Source: Leptospira biflexa
GTDB taxonomy: Bacteria > Spirochaetota > DYNZ01
Reading direction: 5' to 3'
Assembly: GCA_020720805.1 (NCBI GenBank)
Contig: DYNZ01000001.1
Location: 46,374-110,373, forward strand
Length of the DNA: 64,000 nt
The position numbers were made by a program, and so were the translations under genes. Under the pieces are notes generated by a model, which had not been told where the DNA came from, ran no database searches, and worked only from the letters and a program-made list of their open reading frames with translations. This document shows, piece by piece, positions 31,714 through 41,875 of this stretch. Numbering within the stretch: position 1 is the stretch's first letter; the number at the start of each line of letters is the position of its first letter.

Positions 31714-32757
31714 CTATTTGGGTAGATAGTGTTCCATTATATTAATATTTTTTAGAAACGGAGCAATCTCTTCTGGTAAATAGGGATTGATGTACGTACC
31801 ATTTAAAGTGTCGATTCCAACCGCTGATTGCAATCTCGGAATGATTTCGATATACCAGTGAAAAAAAATGGGCAGGCTTTCACCCTTTTCCAACATGCTG
31901 AGCCTATGGGGATTTGGTGTGCTGTGAATAAAAAATTGAAAGGATGGATTATCCAGCGCATAATGCAACCGTATCAGGGATTCTTGAAATATTTGTGCCA
32001 AGGCGTTAAGTTTATTTTCCGGCAGTAGTGCAAAATCGTGTTGATGCCACTTCGGAGTCAGTTGCAATTCAAAGGGGAACCGTGAAGCATAAGGTGCAAA
32101 TACAAGAAAATCGTCATTTTCCAGAACAATTCTTTTGCGTGAATCCTGGTTTTCCCGAAGAATATCGCAAACCAGGCAACGCTGTTTTTGCAAGAAATGA
32201 TCACGCATCGACCCGATGAGCTGGTTGGCTGGCTGTGGTAGCGCTGGGCTGGCAATAATTTGGGAAAGGCTATGATCATAAAATGCTCCTGTCTCGATTC
32301 CATGATTGTGGAAAATTTGAAAGGATAAAAGCCTATGATCATTATAGAGGTCTTTTATACGCATCTGATAGGCAGATAATAAATTTTGAAAGTTCTGCAA
32401 CGGAATCTGGGCAAGGGATATTGCATGGTAATTGGAATTAACTATGAGCTCATGCGCGCCAATTCCATTGATATAATCGTACATCCCCTCCCCTTTTTTT
32501 TCAAGGGAGCCTTCAATTCGTAACGCTGGTACCTTATTGGCAAAAACCCGAACCTGCCAATTTTTGGAGTCACCGCTATTTTGATAGATACTTGGGTTTG
32601 TAAAATGTTCATTTCCTGGACAAAAAGGACATAGAGGATGAGTCGATTCCGGTGCAGGGGATGTTTTTTTTCGATTTGCTACATTAGGTTTTCGTTTTCG
32701 CTCTGGTGCCAAAATAACCCAATGATTACTTAAGGGATCTCTTCGTAGTCCAGCCAA
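31714..32757 (-). CDS. GalT/HIT-like nucleotidyltransferase (catalytic His appears substituted)
   Basis: LRRDP..WVILAPER, CPFCPGNE, VRVFANK.PAL, APYASRFPFE, HWYIEIIPR. HxHxQ reads HSLSQ. Confidence 0.88.
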   Translation of the reverse strand: MAGLRRDPLSNHWVILAPERKRKPNVANRKKTSPAPESTHPLCPFCPGNEHFTNPSIYQNSGDSKNWQVRVFANKVPALRIEGSLEKKGEGMYDYINGIGAHELIVNSNYHAISLAQIPLQNFQNLLSAYQMRIKDLYNDHRLLSFQIFHNHGIETGAFYDHSLSQIIASPALPQPANQLIGSMRDHFLQKQRCLVCDILRENQDSRKRIVLENDDFLVFAPYASRFPFELQLTPKWHQHDFALLPENKLNALAQIFQESLIRLHYALDNPSFQFFIHSTPNPHRLSMLEKGESLPIFFHWYIEIIPRLQSAVGIDTLNGTYINPYLPEEIAPFLKNINIMEHYLPK

Positions 32758-32769
32758 GGTGCATCTCCT

Positions 32770-34923
32770 TTATATAAACCAGTTCGCAGTTAGAAAGCTC
32801 TCATCAGGAACTAATATTTTAAACAGTCCGGAAACCGGGTGAAATTCTCTTGTTTCATTACCTTGAATCAGCTCTATGCCAAACTCGATAGTTTCGTCTG
32901 TATTCGCCGAAACGGCCTTGAAGGGAATGGCGCACTCAAGAAATTCTTTCATAGCGGCCCTTGCCTGTCCGAGTTCTTTGCGTTCAGGTGTGTGGCATAT
33001 GACAGGAACTTTTTGCAAAACATGGCTTTCCAGAGAAAATTGCATTTCAAAATGAGTGCCATTTAAATCATTGCCAACCTGAGCACCGGAATGCTTAAAA
33101 AGTTTTATTTTAATCTGAGAGTTGGGCGCAAGAAGGTGAAAAAAGAACGAAATTTTGATAAATAGCTCCTCTTGATTAAAACCGTATGCAATTTCCTGTA
33201 CAATATGATCCGCATGAAACATGGCAGAGCCAGATTTTTTTGTCTGGTAGGGAATACTTCCAAGCCATTCAAAATAGTCACTTTGCAGTCCATCAATTTT
33301 TGGAAATAAGAATTCCTTGGGACTTTCAAGAGATTTTTGCGGAAAGATCATGATCGGATCGAGAAGCCAAAGAGGAACCTGCTCACCTAAACTTTCCCAG
33401 GCGGCAATCAGATAAGAACGGAAGATTGCGTCAAAGTCTTTTTTAGTGAGAGATTGGAAATCATCTCCGTACCACCAGAACCAATCTGAGCCTTCAGATA
33501 CATAGATATACTCCAGAGCCTTTGCTAAGGCCTGACCTGACAGCCCATTGTTTTTCTTTTCTTCAATTTTATTTCTTACGCTAAGTAGATAATTCCAAGC
33601 CTTGTTGTCTTCGGCGCTACCTATCCAGATTTGGAAATTTCCATAGATCCAGGATGCGCTATAGAGATCCTTTATATCCTTGGTTCTGGTGTTGCTTTTT
33701 AGAGAGTTTGACATGGAAACGGCGCGGAGCTGATCTGATTGTCGCAATCCTTCATAGATTCCCTTTAAAAAACTTTGTCCGCCATCAAAGTAGTACTCCC
33801 AAGGGTTTTCACCATCAAGTATGATGGCAACCTGATGGTTTTCTGCATGACTTTGTATAGATCGCAGATTTGAAAAAAACTCCTGTAACGCTTCATTGGT
33901 ATGCATTTTGGAATACCTAAATCCTATTGCGTCTGACAGGCCTTTATCTCTGAAAAAAATTGATATTTTTCCTGAATTGCCCGAATAAGAGTAGGCATCA
34001 AACAAATTGTGATGAGTGCCACCATCGGAGTGATAAAGAATTTCTTCGTCGGTTGCAATCCAAGCTACTTTTTCATCAATGAAAAGGTTGGCTATCTCTG
34101 GCGACACGCTTCCTTCAGCTGGCCAAAAACCGAGAGGAGCTTCAGAAAAATATTTCTTATAAAGAGATTTGGCCATCTGGATGTGCGCTCGAGCATCTTC
34201 TGGGAATGAAAATCGGTTGGGTCGCGCAAACTGGGGCATACATCGCTTTGCTGTTTCAGTATCGTAGATTAAGGGTAGAATGGGGTGATAGAAGGGTGTT
34301 GTTGAAATTTCTGATTTGGTTTCCAGGGCAATTTTTTGATAAAGGGGTAAGATTTCAGCCATTATGGTATAATGAAGATCAAGTATGGAAATTTTTTCAT
34401 CTTGATTAAAATTATGGTCTTTCTTTATCATCTCCTGGATAACAGAATAGTGCTCCTTGGCTGAGTATCCAAACCATGCCAAGTTAAACCACATCTGTAA
34501 ATCAAGGATATCCTGGTTTGTAAAAAGCTCATATTGGTTTTTTTCTTTAATTGCAAGAAGCCGCTTATAGCCAGGGTAAAGATGGATCATCGTTGGCCAA
34601 TTCGCCTGAAAAAAATTATCGATGATAAAATTTCTTTCTAGAGTACTTAGTTCCTCTGGCTTTTTTCTGCTGATTGTTTCATAATAATCTTCAGCTCTGT
34701 GATTGATATAATCTTCAAGTTGATGCATGAGAGAGGGCGTCAGATTAAAAGTCATTCCGACATCAGGATAGGAAAGACATGTTACAGCCATGTCCCGGTA
34801 CGCTTTTATCGAGTGCAGGCGGATCCAGGGCAAAATGTATATATTCGAATTCGCCATTTTGTATATGGGCTGATGCAGATGCCAGAGAAAAAGTACATAA
34901 AGCTGTTGCATTTCTTTAGCCAT
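32770..34923 (-). CDS. Glycoside hydrolase family 57 (amylopullulanase-like)
   Basis: WHLHQP, TTPFYHPILPL, FWPAEGS (nucleophile Glu), ILDGENPWE (acid/base Asp), EGSDWFWW. Confidence 0.93.
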   Translation of the reverse strand: MAKEMQQLYVLFLWHLHQPIYKMANSNIYILPWIRLHSIKAYRDMAVTCLSYPDVGMTFNLTPSLMHQLEDYINHRAEDYYETISRKKPEELSTLERNFIIDNFFQANWPTMIHLYPGYKRLLAIKEKNQYELFTNQDILDLQMWFNLAWFGYSAKEHYSVIQEMIKKDHNFNQDEKISILDLHYTIMAEILPLYQKIALETKSEISTTPFYHPILPLIYDTETAKRCMPQFARPNRFSFPEDARAHIQMAKSLYKKYFSEAPLGFWPAEGSVSPEIANLFIDEKVAWIATDEEILYHSDGGTHHNLFDAYSYSGNSGKISIFFRDKGLSDAIGFRYSKMHTNEALQEFFSNLRSIQSHAENHQVAIILDGENPWEYYFDGGQSFLKGIYEGLRQSDQLRAVSMSNSLKSNTRTKDIKDLYSASWIYGNFQIWIGSAEDNKAWNYLLSVRNKIEEKKNNGLSGQALAKALEYIYVSEGSDWFWWYGDDFQSLTKKDFDAIFRSYLIAAWESLGEQVPLWLLDPIMIFPQKSLESPKEFLFPKIDGLQSDYFEWLGSIPYQTKKSGSAMFHADHIVQEIAYGFNQEELFIKISFFFHLLAPNSQIKIKLFKHSGAQVGNDLNGTHFEMQFSLESHVLQKVPVICHTPERKELGQARAAMKEFLECAIPFKAVSANTDETIEFGIELIQGNETREFHPVSGLFKILVPDESFLTANWFI

Positions 34924-35109
34924 AATGCCCTCAAGAAGTTTTTATTTTTTTTGAATCAGGAAACCAGTCTGTCAAGGCATAAAAGGAATAGCAAGACTTT
35001 CCTGCTTCAATGAAATTACCAATTGACATACTATGGAAAGTTGACCATATCGGAAATGTCATAAATACTGTTGTATAGACGGAATGATATACCTTTAAAC
35101 CAAGCTGCT

Positions 35110-37230
35110 ATGAAGTTTTTCCATTTTTTCTCCCATTTTTTCCAGAATCCCCGTCAGATTATGTGGAGCTTAAGCCGAAATAATGTCTATTTAATTTTTC
35201 TTGCTGTGTTGGTTGGTCTTATTGTTGGTTTGGCAAGTGTAGCGTTAAAAGAGATCATCGAAATTTTTCTAAAATTTTCCTTTAATGCAAAGGGCGAGGT
35301 CATCATCGGGTCATTGCCCGGTTTGCCATTTTATTATATCCTGTTTATTCCTGCACTCGGTGGCCTGGTGGTCGGGATATTGAAATTTTTGGTTATTAAG
35401 AGCGGGGCCAAGGGTGGCGTTGAGCAAGTAATGCACGCGATGGCGGTTAAGGATGGTAACCTTAGCTTTCGGGAGGTGTTTGAAAAGTTTATAACTTCTG
35501 CAATAACCCTAGGTACAGGAGGATCAGCGGGAAAAGAGGGGCCGGTAGTGCATATAGGCGGAGGTATCGGCTCCCTTTTATCCAGATTTTTTCATCTGCC
35601 AGATGAGTATGTTAAGGCTCTGGTATCAGCAGGAGCAGCCGCAGGTATCGCTGCCGCTTTTAATGCACCCATTGCTGGAACATTTTTTGCACTGGAGATT
35701 TTGCTGGGTGATCTGTCTTTAAATATTTTTAGCATGATTATGGTTGCGGCGATAACTGGAACAGCAGTTGGTCGTTTTTTCCTTGGAGAGCATCCTGCTT
35801 TCGATCCGCCGAGTTATCTTGTTTCATCCCCTGTTGAAATTGTATTTTATATTATCTTGGGAATCTTAGCCGGTTTTCTTTGTGTTATTTTCATAAAAAT
35901 GCTGGTCTGGATTCGCGATCTTTTTACAAGATTAACAATACCAAATTTTTTGAAGCCAGCATTAGGAGGTTTTCTGGTCGGATTATTGGCTCTTGCCATT
36001 CCCAACATTCTGGGGATTGGCTACGGTACCATTAATAGCTTTCTCCATTTTGATAGGTTTTTAACGAAAATTAGTTTTTTTGGGATAACTGCAGATCATT
36101 ATCCCTTTCTTTATGTCTGGATCATCATGATTGGTATTGCTGGTATTATCCTAGGGAAGGTTTTGGCTACTTCTATAACCCTTGGTTCAGGCGGTAGCGG
36201 TGGTACTATTGTGCCATCACTTTTTTTAGGAGCGAGTCTGGGAGCGCTGGTTGGACATCTTGCTTCGATTATCTTTCCTCATGCAGGAATCTCGGTTGGA
36301 GCCTTTGCTCTCATCGGCATGGGTTCTGTGATTGCCGGCGTAACCCAAGCTCCGATTATGGCTATTTTATTGTTTTTTGAAACGACCAGAAGTTATCAAA
36401 TTATCTTGCCAGTTGCCACAGTTTCCCTGATCTCTACGCAAATTACAAAATATTTTCTGCATGGCTCTATGTATACCCTGGAATTAAAGCACATGGGAAT
36501 CGACCTGTATGAGGGTATGGAAAAAACGGTTATGTCTACAATCCGCATTGGTGATATTATGCGTCGAAACCTGTTAACTGTACCGTACAATATGCCATTG
36601 CGTCAGATTATGGAACTTTTTCTTCATACCCGTTTTACATCAGCTATTGTCGTCAACAAAGAGGGTGATTTGATAGGCCGTTTGCATCTGGATGATTTGA
36701 AAAGAATGGTTGAAACACCATCTTTATATAATATGTTAATCGCATCTGAGATCATGGAGGAGGGTGTAATCTCTCTTTCGGTCAATGATTCGTTAAGCAA
36801 GACTGTGGAGTTGTTAAGTCGCAGCCATTCAAGCCTGATACCCGTTGTTGAAAAAAAAGGATCCCTGAAACCAATTGGCTTTATAACTAGGAAAGATATT
36901 CTGAATGTTTATGAGAAAGAGATTTTACGTAAAAATCTTTCTGGCCTCAAGTTTCGCTCGCCTGTGGCAGAATTGAGCGGAACATCGTCGCGCCAAATGA
37001 TAGATTTTGGAGCGGAGTATCAAGTAAAAACAGTTCCGGTTCCAAGAGAATGGATATCCAAGACTTTGGCACAATTGGGTGTTCGGGAAAAATGGGAGAT
37101 CTCTGTTATAGCTGTACTTGATCAGGAAAAAGAGGAACATATCATTCCAAGGCCGGATTACCATTTTCAAGAAAATGATTTGGTTGTCATTGCTGGCACC
37201 AATGAGGCCATGAAGAAAATCAACGAATAA
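35110..37230 (+). CDS. ClC chloride channel/antiporter with CBS pair and C-terminal TrkA-C domain
   Basis: GSAGKEGP, AFNAPIAG..FALE, GGSGG..PSLFLGA, CBS repeats, TLAQLGVREKWEISVIAV. Confidence 0.92.
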   Translation: MKFFHFFSHFFQNPRQIMWSLSRNNVYLIFLAVLVGLIVGLASVALKEIIEIFLKFSFNAKGEVIIGSLPGLPFYYILFIPALGGLVVGILKFLVIKSGAKGGVEQVMHAMAVKDGNLSFREVFEKFITSAITLGTGGSAGKEGPVVHIGGGIGSLLSRFFHLPDEYVKALVSAGAAAGIAAAFNAPIAGTFFALEILLGDLSLNIFSMIMVAAITGTAVGRFFLGEHPAFDPPSYLVSSPVEIVFYIILGILAGFLCVIFIKMLVWIRDLFTRLTIPNFLKPALGGFLVGLLALAIPNILGIGYGTINSFLHFDRFLTKISFFGITADHYPFLYVWIIMIGIAGIILGKVLATSITLGSGGSGGTIVPSLFLGASLGALVGHLASIIFPHAGISVGAFALIGMGSVIAGVTQAPIMAILLFFETTRSYQIILPVATVSLISTQITKYFLHGSMYTLELKHMGIDLYEGMEKTVMSTIRIGDIMRRNLLTVPYNMPLRQIMELFLHTRFTSAIVVNKEGDLIGRLHLDDLKRMVETPSLYNMLIASEIMEEGVISLSVNDSLSKTVELLSRSHSSLIPVVEKKGSLKPIGFITRKDILNVYEKEILRKNLSGLKFRSPVAELSGTSSRQMIDFGAEYQVKTVPVPREWISKTLAQLGVREKWEISVIAVLDQEKEEHIIPRPDYHFQENDLVVIAGTNEAMKKINE

Positions 37231-37245
37231 AGGTAGCTTAATTAT

Positions 37246-37863
37246 ATGAAAAAAATCAGTGTCCTGCTATTCATTCTATTTTTTAGTACAATGGGAGAGG
37301 TAATCGCCGCAAATAGGGGAATTGGCAAAGTGGAAAGCTCTGATGGGCTTATAGGAAATTATGTATCAATTTCAGGAGCACTCTCCTATTTACAAGCGGA
37401 TGCCGGCAAACTAAGCCAAATAGGGGAAAATGGTCTGGCTCTGCTCTTGGAGCATCACAGTAGGTTAACGCAGAGTCATGAGATTATCCTGGGTGTCGGA
37501 GGTGAATGGCTTGCTAATGAAAAAAATCAATTTTTAACCCTGTTGACAAGTTATGAATTTACCTGGAGATATCACATATTGCCTTTAAGCTTTCTTCCCC
37601 GATTTTCACTATTTTTTGATTTTGCATTAGGAATCATTGATTACACAGCAGAAGGCTATTCTGGCAAATTGCGCAGCGGAGCCTATACCCTGGGAGTGGG
37701 CAATACCTGGCGTCTGTATCAGGGGATATTGCTACAATGGCAATTCAGGTTTAGGAATTTGCAATTTTTTTTCCCCCAGGAGTATCTTGTAGCAGAAGAA
37801 GATTTCTCGCAGCAAATTGATTCACTCGCTCTTCGTATTGGCTTTCTTGTTCGCTACTATTAA
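37246..37863 (+). CDS. Outer-membrane beta-barrel-like protein
   Basis: Signal peptide, amphipathic strands, aromatic C-terminus (IGFLVRYY). Confidence 0.6.
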   Translation: MKKISVLLFILFFSTMGEVIAANRGIGKVESSDGLIGNYVSISGALSYLQADAGKLSQIGENGLALLLEHHSRLTQSHEIILGVGGEWLANEKNQFLTLLTSYEFTWRYHILPLSFLPRFSLFFDFALGIIDYTAEGYSGKLRSGAYTLGVGNTWRLYQGILLQWQFRFRNLQFFFPQEYLVAEEDFSQQIDSLALRIGFLVRYY

Positions 37864-37866
37864 TTG

Positions 37867-38985
37867 TTACATAAGAAACATGGAATCGCCATAGGAAAAA
37901 AATCTATAGCCAAAGTGTTGAGCCTCCTGGTATATCTGCATCACTCTAGTTCGCTCATAGAAAGCGCTGACAAGCATGAGCAGGGTCGATTTAGGCGTAT
38001 GAAAATTTGTTATTAAAGCCGAGCTTAACTGGAAGGAAAATCCTGGATAGATAAACAGTCCTGTTGAACCAATAATCCGATCCTTCTGTATCGTACAGGT
38101 AATGGGAGTTCCAGGGTGTTTGATCTTTGATGAGCTCGAGAGATTAGCCAGCCAAAGAGATTCAATGGTACGCATAGCAGTGGTGCCAACCGGTATAATT
38201 CTACGCTTTTGTTGCTTTGCCTGAAGAATTGTGTCCCAGCTTTCCTGAGTGATTTCAAACTCCTCCTGATGCATATTTTGAGAATGTATGCGTATATCCT
38301 CAGAGCGAACAGGCGCGAAAGTTCCGAGACCTACAGATAAAGTTAGAAAGGTAAATTCTGCTCCTAACCGTTTTAAGTTTGCGAGCATTTCAGCGGTAAA
38401 GTGAAGCGAGGCTGTAGGTGCCGCCGCTGACCCAGTTTTTTGTGCGAAAACAGTCTGGTATCGTTGATCATCGATGGGTCCAGCTTCTCTTTTCAGATAA
38501 GGGGGTAGCGGTATTGCGCCAAATTGCTGGCAATATTGTTCATCTATGGGGGCATAGTTTGGATCTACCAATTCAAAAAGGGCATGCTCCTGATGCGGTT
38601 TTTTATAGCGTAAAATTCTATTGCCAGGTAGGCTGACAAGCATACCTGGCTTTAATTTTTTTCTACGTGAAACAACAGCTATACATTGAGCATCTGAGCC
38701 GGGAAGAGAGAGAAACAGCAATTCATGAATCATCCCTTTCTCAGATCGACCCCAGAATCTGATTTTTCGAACCTTTGTATCATTTAATACAAAAAGATCA
38801 CCAGGCTGAATCATCTCCGAAAGTTGGAAGAAATGGAGATGCTGGATGGTATGACTGGCTCGATGGACTGTAAGTAACCGGGATTGATCTCGTCGCACTG
38901 CAGGATAGCGGGCGATGGAATCCTCTGGTAAAAAAAAGTCATAGTTTTGCAGTTGGTGATCAATAGAAATTGTCATACTCTTCAT
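37867..38985 (-). CDS. queA: SAM:tRNA ribosyltransferase-isomerase
   Basis: PLPPYL, RYQTVFA, AAPTASLHF, VGLGTF, VGTT, TNFHTPKSTL, YRFFSYGD. Confidence 0.96.
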   Translation of the reverse strand: MKSMTISIDHQLQNYDFFLPEDSIARYPAVRRDQSRLLTVHRASHTIQHLHFFQLSEMIQPGDLFVLNDTKVRKIRFWGRSEKGMIHELLFLSLPGSDAQCIAVVSRRKKLKPGMLVSLPGNRILRYKKPHQEHALFELVDPNYAPIDEQYCQQFGAIPLPPYLKREAGPIDDQRYQTVFAQKTGSAAAPTASLHFTAEMLANLKRLGAEFTFLTLSVGLGTFAPVRSEDIRIHSQNMHQEEFEITQESWDTILQAKQQKRRIIPVGTTAMRTIESLWLANLSSSSKIKHPGTPITCTIQKDRIIGSTGLFIYPGFSFQLSSALITNFHTPKSTLLMLVSAFYERTRVMQIYQEAQHFGYRFFSYGDSMFLM

Positions 38986-39284
38986 TTTTTACGTCAACAT
39001 TGCTTTAGGGCATGGAATAAATTCTGCCAATGACAGACAATAAAAATGAAGATTCTGTAAAAAAATAGGGGAAAAAATCGTTTTAACAAAATGATATAAG
39101 ATTTGACATTTTTTGCGAATCCACCCTTGTTTTTATAGGTGATCACAAAAACTGTCGTTTTTGTGCCTATCATAGGGCGCACGTATTGAAAAAACCAGCT
39201 TTTCTTTTTTTTAAAATATTGAATGAGCTCGTTTTTGTGACCGCCCTTATGAAATATCCATTGGAGAATCATTAGGAGATATAG

Positions 39285-40184
39285 GTGTCACAGAGTGCAA
39301 TGCAAGAGTTGAGAGGTCATCAATTCCCTGTGCTGGAAAGCGGTTTTGTTCGGGTTGTGGATTGGATGGGAGATGATGCTGCGATCGTGCAGGCGGCCAG
39401 GGTTTCCTATGGCGAGGGTACAAAGCAGGTTCAGGAAGATAGAGGATTGATTCGCTATTTACTGAGACATCGGCATACCACACCATTTGAGATGTGCGAG
39501 TTAAAACTGCATATCAGAGTTCCCATGGATACCTGGCGTCAGTGGATCCGGCATCGAACAGCCAATGTAAATGAATATTCTACAAGATACTCTCTTGCCA
39601 TCGATGCAGCAGCTACCACGAATCCTGACCAATGGAGGGTGCAACTGGAATCAAATCGGCAGGGCAGTAGCGGTCTATTTGATATTACAACGGGAACGCT
39701 ATTATCAAAAAAGGAGGCCGAATTGCAAAGCCTCTGCCGGAGTGTTTATGAAGAAAGAATCGCCCTTGGGGTTGCCCGAGAACAGGCACGGAAAGATCTG
39801 CCCTTGTGCACTTACACAGAGGCTTATTGGAAAATTGATCTTCACAATTTGCTCCATTTTTTAGCCTTGCGCATGGATCATCATGCCCAAAAGGAAATTC
39901 GCGACTATGCTACGGTAATTGGGGAAAAAATAGTCAGCCAATGGGTTCCCCTGACCTGGCAGGCTTTTCTCGATTACCGATTGAATGTTCTCACCTTATC
40001 TTCGTCGGATATTTCCTATTTAAAAATATTTCATACTGCTGGTTCCGATGCTATGGTGGAGAAGATGAGACAGGAAGGATGGTTTCGGGATGTGAGTGGC
40101 AAATGGATGGCAAATCGAGAAGCGAATGAGTTAGCAATAAAAATGGAAATGTTGGGATTGCAAGCTCCATGGTTAGAAAACTGA
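39285..40184 (+). CDS. thyX: FAD-dependent thymidylate synthase
   Basis: AARVSY, HTTPFE, RQWIRHRTANVNEYSTRY, REQARKDLP, HAQKEIR. Confidence 0.96.
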   Translation: MSQSAMQELRGHQFPVLESGFVRVVDWMGDDAAIVQAARVSYGEGTKQVQEDRGLIRYLLRHRHTTPFEMCELKLHIRVPMDTWRQWIRHRTANVNEYSTRYSLAIDAAATTNPDQWRVQLESNRQGSSGLFDITTGTLLSKKEAELQSLCRSVYEERIALGVAREQARKDLPLCTYTEAYWKIDLHNLLHFLALRMDHHAQKEIRDYATVIGEKIVSQWVPLTWQAFLDYRLNVLTLSSSDISYLKIFHTAGSDAMVEKMRQEGWFRDVSGKWMANREANELAIKMEMLGLQAPWLEN

Positions 40185-40197
40185 ATCGAAAAAATGG

Positions 40198-40695
40198 GTG
40201 ATATCCATGCAAAGCGTAAAAGATTTTACACCTGGGCTAATTCAATCGCAGCATGAAATGTATCTCTCTTCCCTGTTCACGAATCCTAAATGGGCACAGG
40301 AAGGGAAGCTGAGAATACCGCCTGCCTCCTTTACCTCGATGGGGGCAAGTTTCGTACATTATGAACCGAATCGAACTCTTTTGATCTCTATCCCGGTTAG
40401 GGAGGATTTTGCGAATCCAATGGGTTTTATGCAGGGAGGGTTACTTACAGCCGCATTTGATAATGCCTTTGGACCTCTATCTTACCTCGTTGCGGGGAAG
40501 CCGGCTGTGAGTTTGGATATACATACCAATTATATTCGAGGTATTTCGATTCGAGATACACTATTTGTGGAAGCAAGAGTCATTGCCAGAGGGTTTCGAA
40601 CCATATTTTTAGAAGCAGAGGCTGTAAACTCCAGAGATAAGCAGATCGCAAAAGCCAGCTCGCAGCTATTGATCATTAGCGATGGTAGCCTGTAA
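40198..40695 (+). CDS. PaaI-family hot-dog thioesterase
   Basis: NPMGFMQGG..AAFDNAFG. Confidence 0.85.
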   Translation: MISMQSVKDFTPGLIQSQHEMYLSSLFTNPKWAQEGKLRIPPASFTSMGASFVHYEPNRTLLISIPVREDFANPMGFMQGGLLTAAFDNAFGPLSYLVAGKPAVSLDIHTNYIRGISIRDTLFVEARVIARGFRTIFLEAEAVNSRDKQIAKASSQLLIISDGSL

Positions 40696-41875
40696 GTTCC
40701 GTATATCCGAAACCTGTAACTGGTTTCCCTTTGTGACGTCCTTGTAAGCGAACCGCTCCCTCCCAATAGGTAATCGCAAGATTGAGTTCCTGGTTTTCCA
40801 GGATTGGTTCAATTTCTATATTCAATTGAAGGGTTTGGGACTGGATCTGCCATCCTGATGGGTAGCGATTGCCAAGAGGACTTTCCCAAAATTTCTTTAT
40901 TTTGATCTGGGCGACGTGAAAGGGGAAAGATTTTTTTTGAGAATCGGTATCAATAACAGCAATATAGGAATAATCTGTGGCTTTATTATCGCTACCTCTC
41001 AACACATAGAACATGATATCCGTTCCATCGCTGAGTTGCAGGGCAAACCAGTCCCATCCCTGGTTGCCTTTGCTGAGCATTGAGCTTCCCCACTCACGAT
41101 CAAACCATGAGAGACCAGAGACTCTGTAATTTTGCCCCTTTATGTAGATCGTTCCTTCTGTTTGGAGCCTGGTTATTGAGTAGTAATAGGAAGCATTGCC
41201 TGGTTCTGGACCTTTAACGCTGTAACCCTCCCGTCCCTGGGGGACTATATTTTTTTGAGGACTTAGAATGAGATCAATGGCAACACCGTCTCTTCGGGCG
41301 AATAAGCGCAGGGGGAAAAAGGTCTTTTGGTCTGATTTTACTGAGGAAAGTTGCCAATCCTCAACATAAATTTTAAAGGGAGAGTGTTGTTCTCCTGCGA
41401 TTCCCGTGATTCCACGAGCAAATTGTTGATACGCATAAAAGGAGCTCTCTTTAGAGTCGGTCAAAGCAAAGTGAGCCATAAAGCTCTGCTGGGTATTCCA
41501 GGTCTTGGTTATCGTTCTCTTCTCTGGTTGGGAATTAAGCCTGTTTCGAAAAAGGGTGAATTGATAGCCAAAGCGATGAGTAGAGTCAACCTGGAGATTT
41601 CCCGTAAAATACCACCATTCAAACCGATATTCTGGATGACTAAAATGATCCTTTGGAAATTGAAACTGCTTTGCTTTTGTCACCAGCGGGAAGTTATCCT
41701 GCTTGCTTGTCTGTAAAAAATCAGTGATCTTGAGTTGAAATTTTTTTTGAGTAGAAAACGAGCTTTCCTGGAAGGAATCATAAAGAAAAAAAAGAGAAAT
41801 TGGGGTTAAAAGCATCAGAAGGGCTAAAAATACCAATCGGAAAGAAACTATTTTGTTACTCTTCATGTAGGGCAT
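40676..41875 (-). CDS. AttH/CrtC-like lipocalin-fold protein
   Basis: FPKDHFSHP, EWWYFTGNL, ASYYYS, WFDREW, WDWFAL, YWEGAV, GYTELTGY. Confidence 0.88.
   Translation of the reverse strand: MPYMKSNKIVSFRLVFLALLMLLTPISLFFLYDSFQESSFSTQKKFQLKITDFLQTSKQDNFPLVTKAKQFQFPKDHFSHPEYRFEWWYFTGNLQVDSTHRFGYQFTLFRNRLNSQPEKRTITKTWNTQQSFMAHFALTDSKESSFYAYQQFARGITGIAGEQHSPFKIYVEDWQLSSVKSDQKTFFPLRLFARRDGVAIDLILSPQKNIVPQGREGYSVKGPEPGNASYYYSITRLQTEGTIYIKGQNYRVSGLSWFDREWGSSMLSKGNQGWDWFALQLSDGTDIMFYVLRGSDNKATDYSYIAVIDTDSQKKSFPFHVAQIKIKKFWESPLGNRYPSGWQIQSQTLQLNIEIEPILENQELNLAITYWEGAVRLQGRHKGKPVTGFGYTELTGYHR

Noticed and set aside
38659-38674. parS-like 16-mer TTTTCTACGTGAAACA inside queA
   Set aside because: Two mismatches to TGTTNCACGTGAAACA break the palindrome; it is a single coding-region copy, so chance is plausible.
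38994-39272. 92-aa ORF or riboswitch between queA and thyX
   Set aside because: Low-complexity AT-rich translation filling a divergent promoter region; no recognisable preQ1 or other aptamer.
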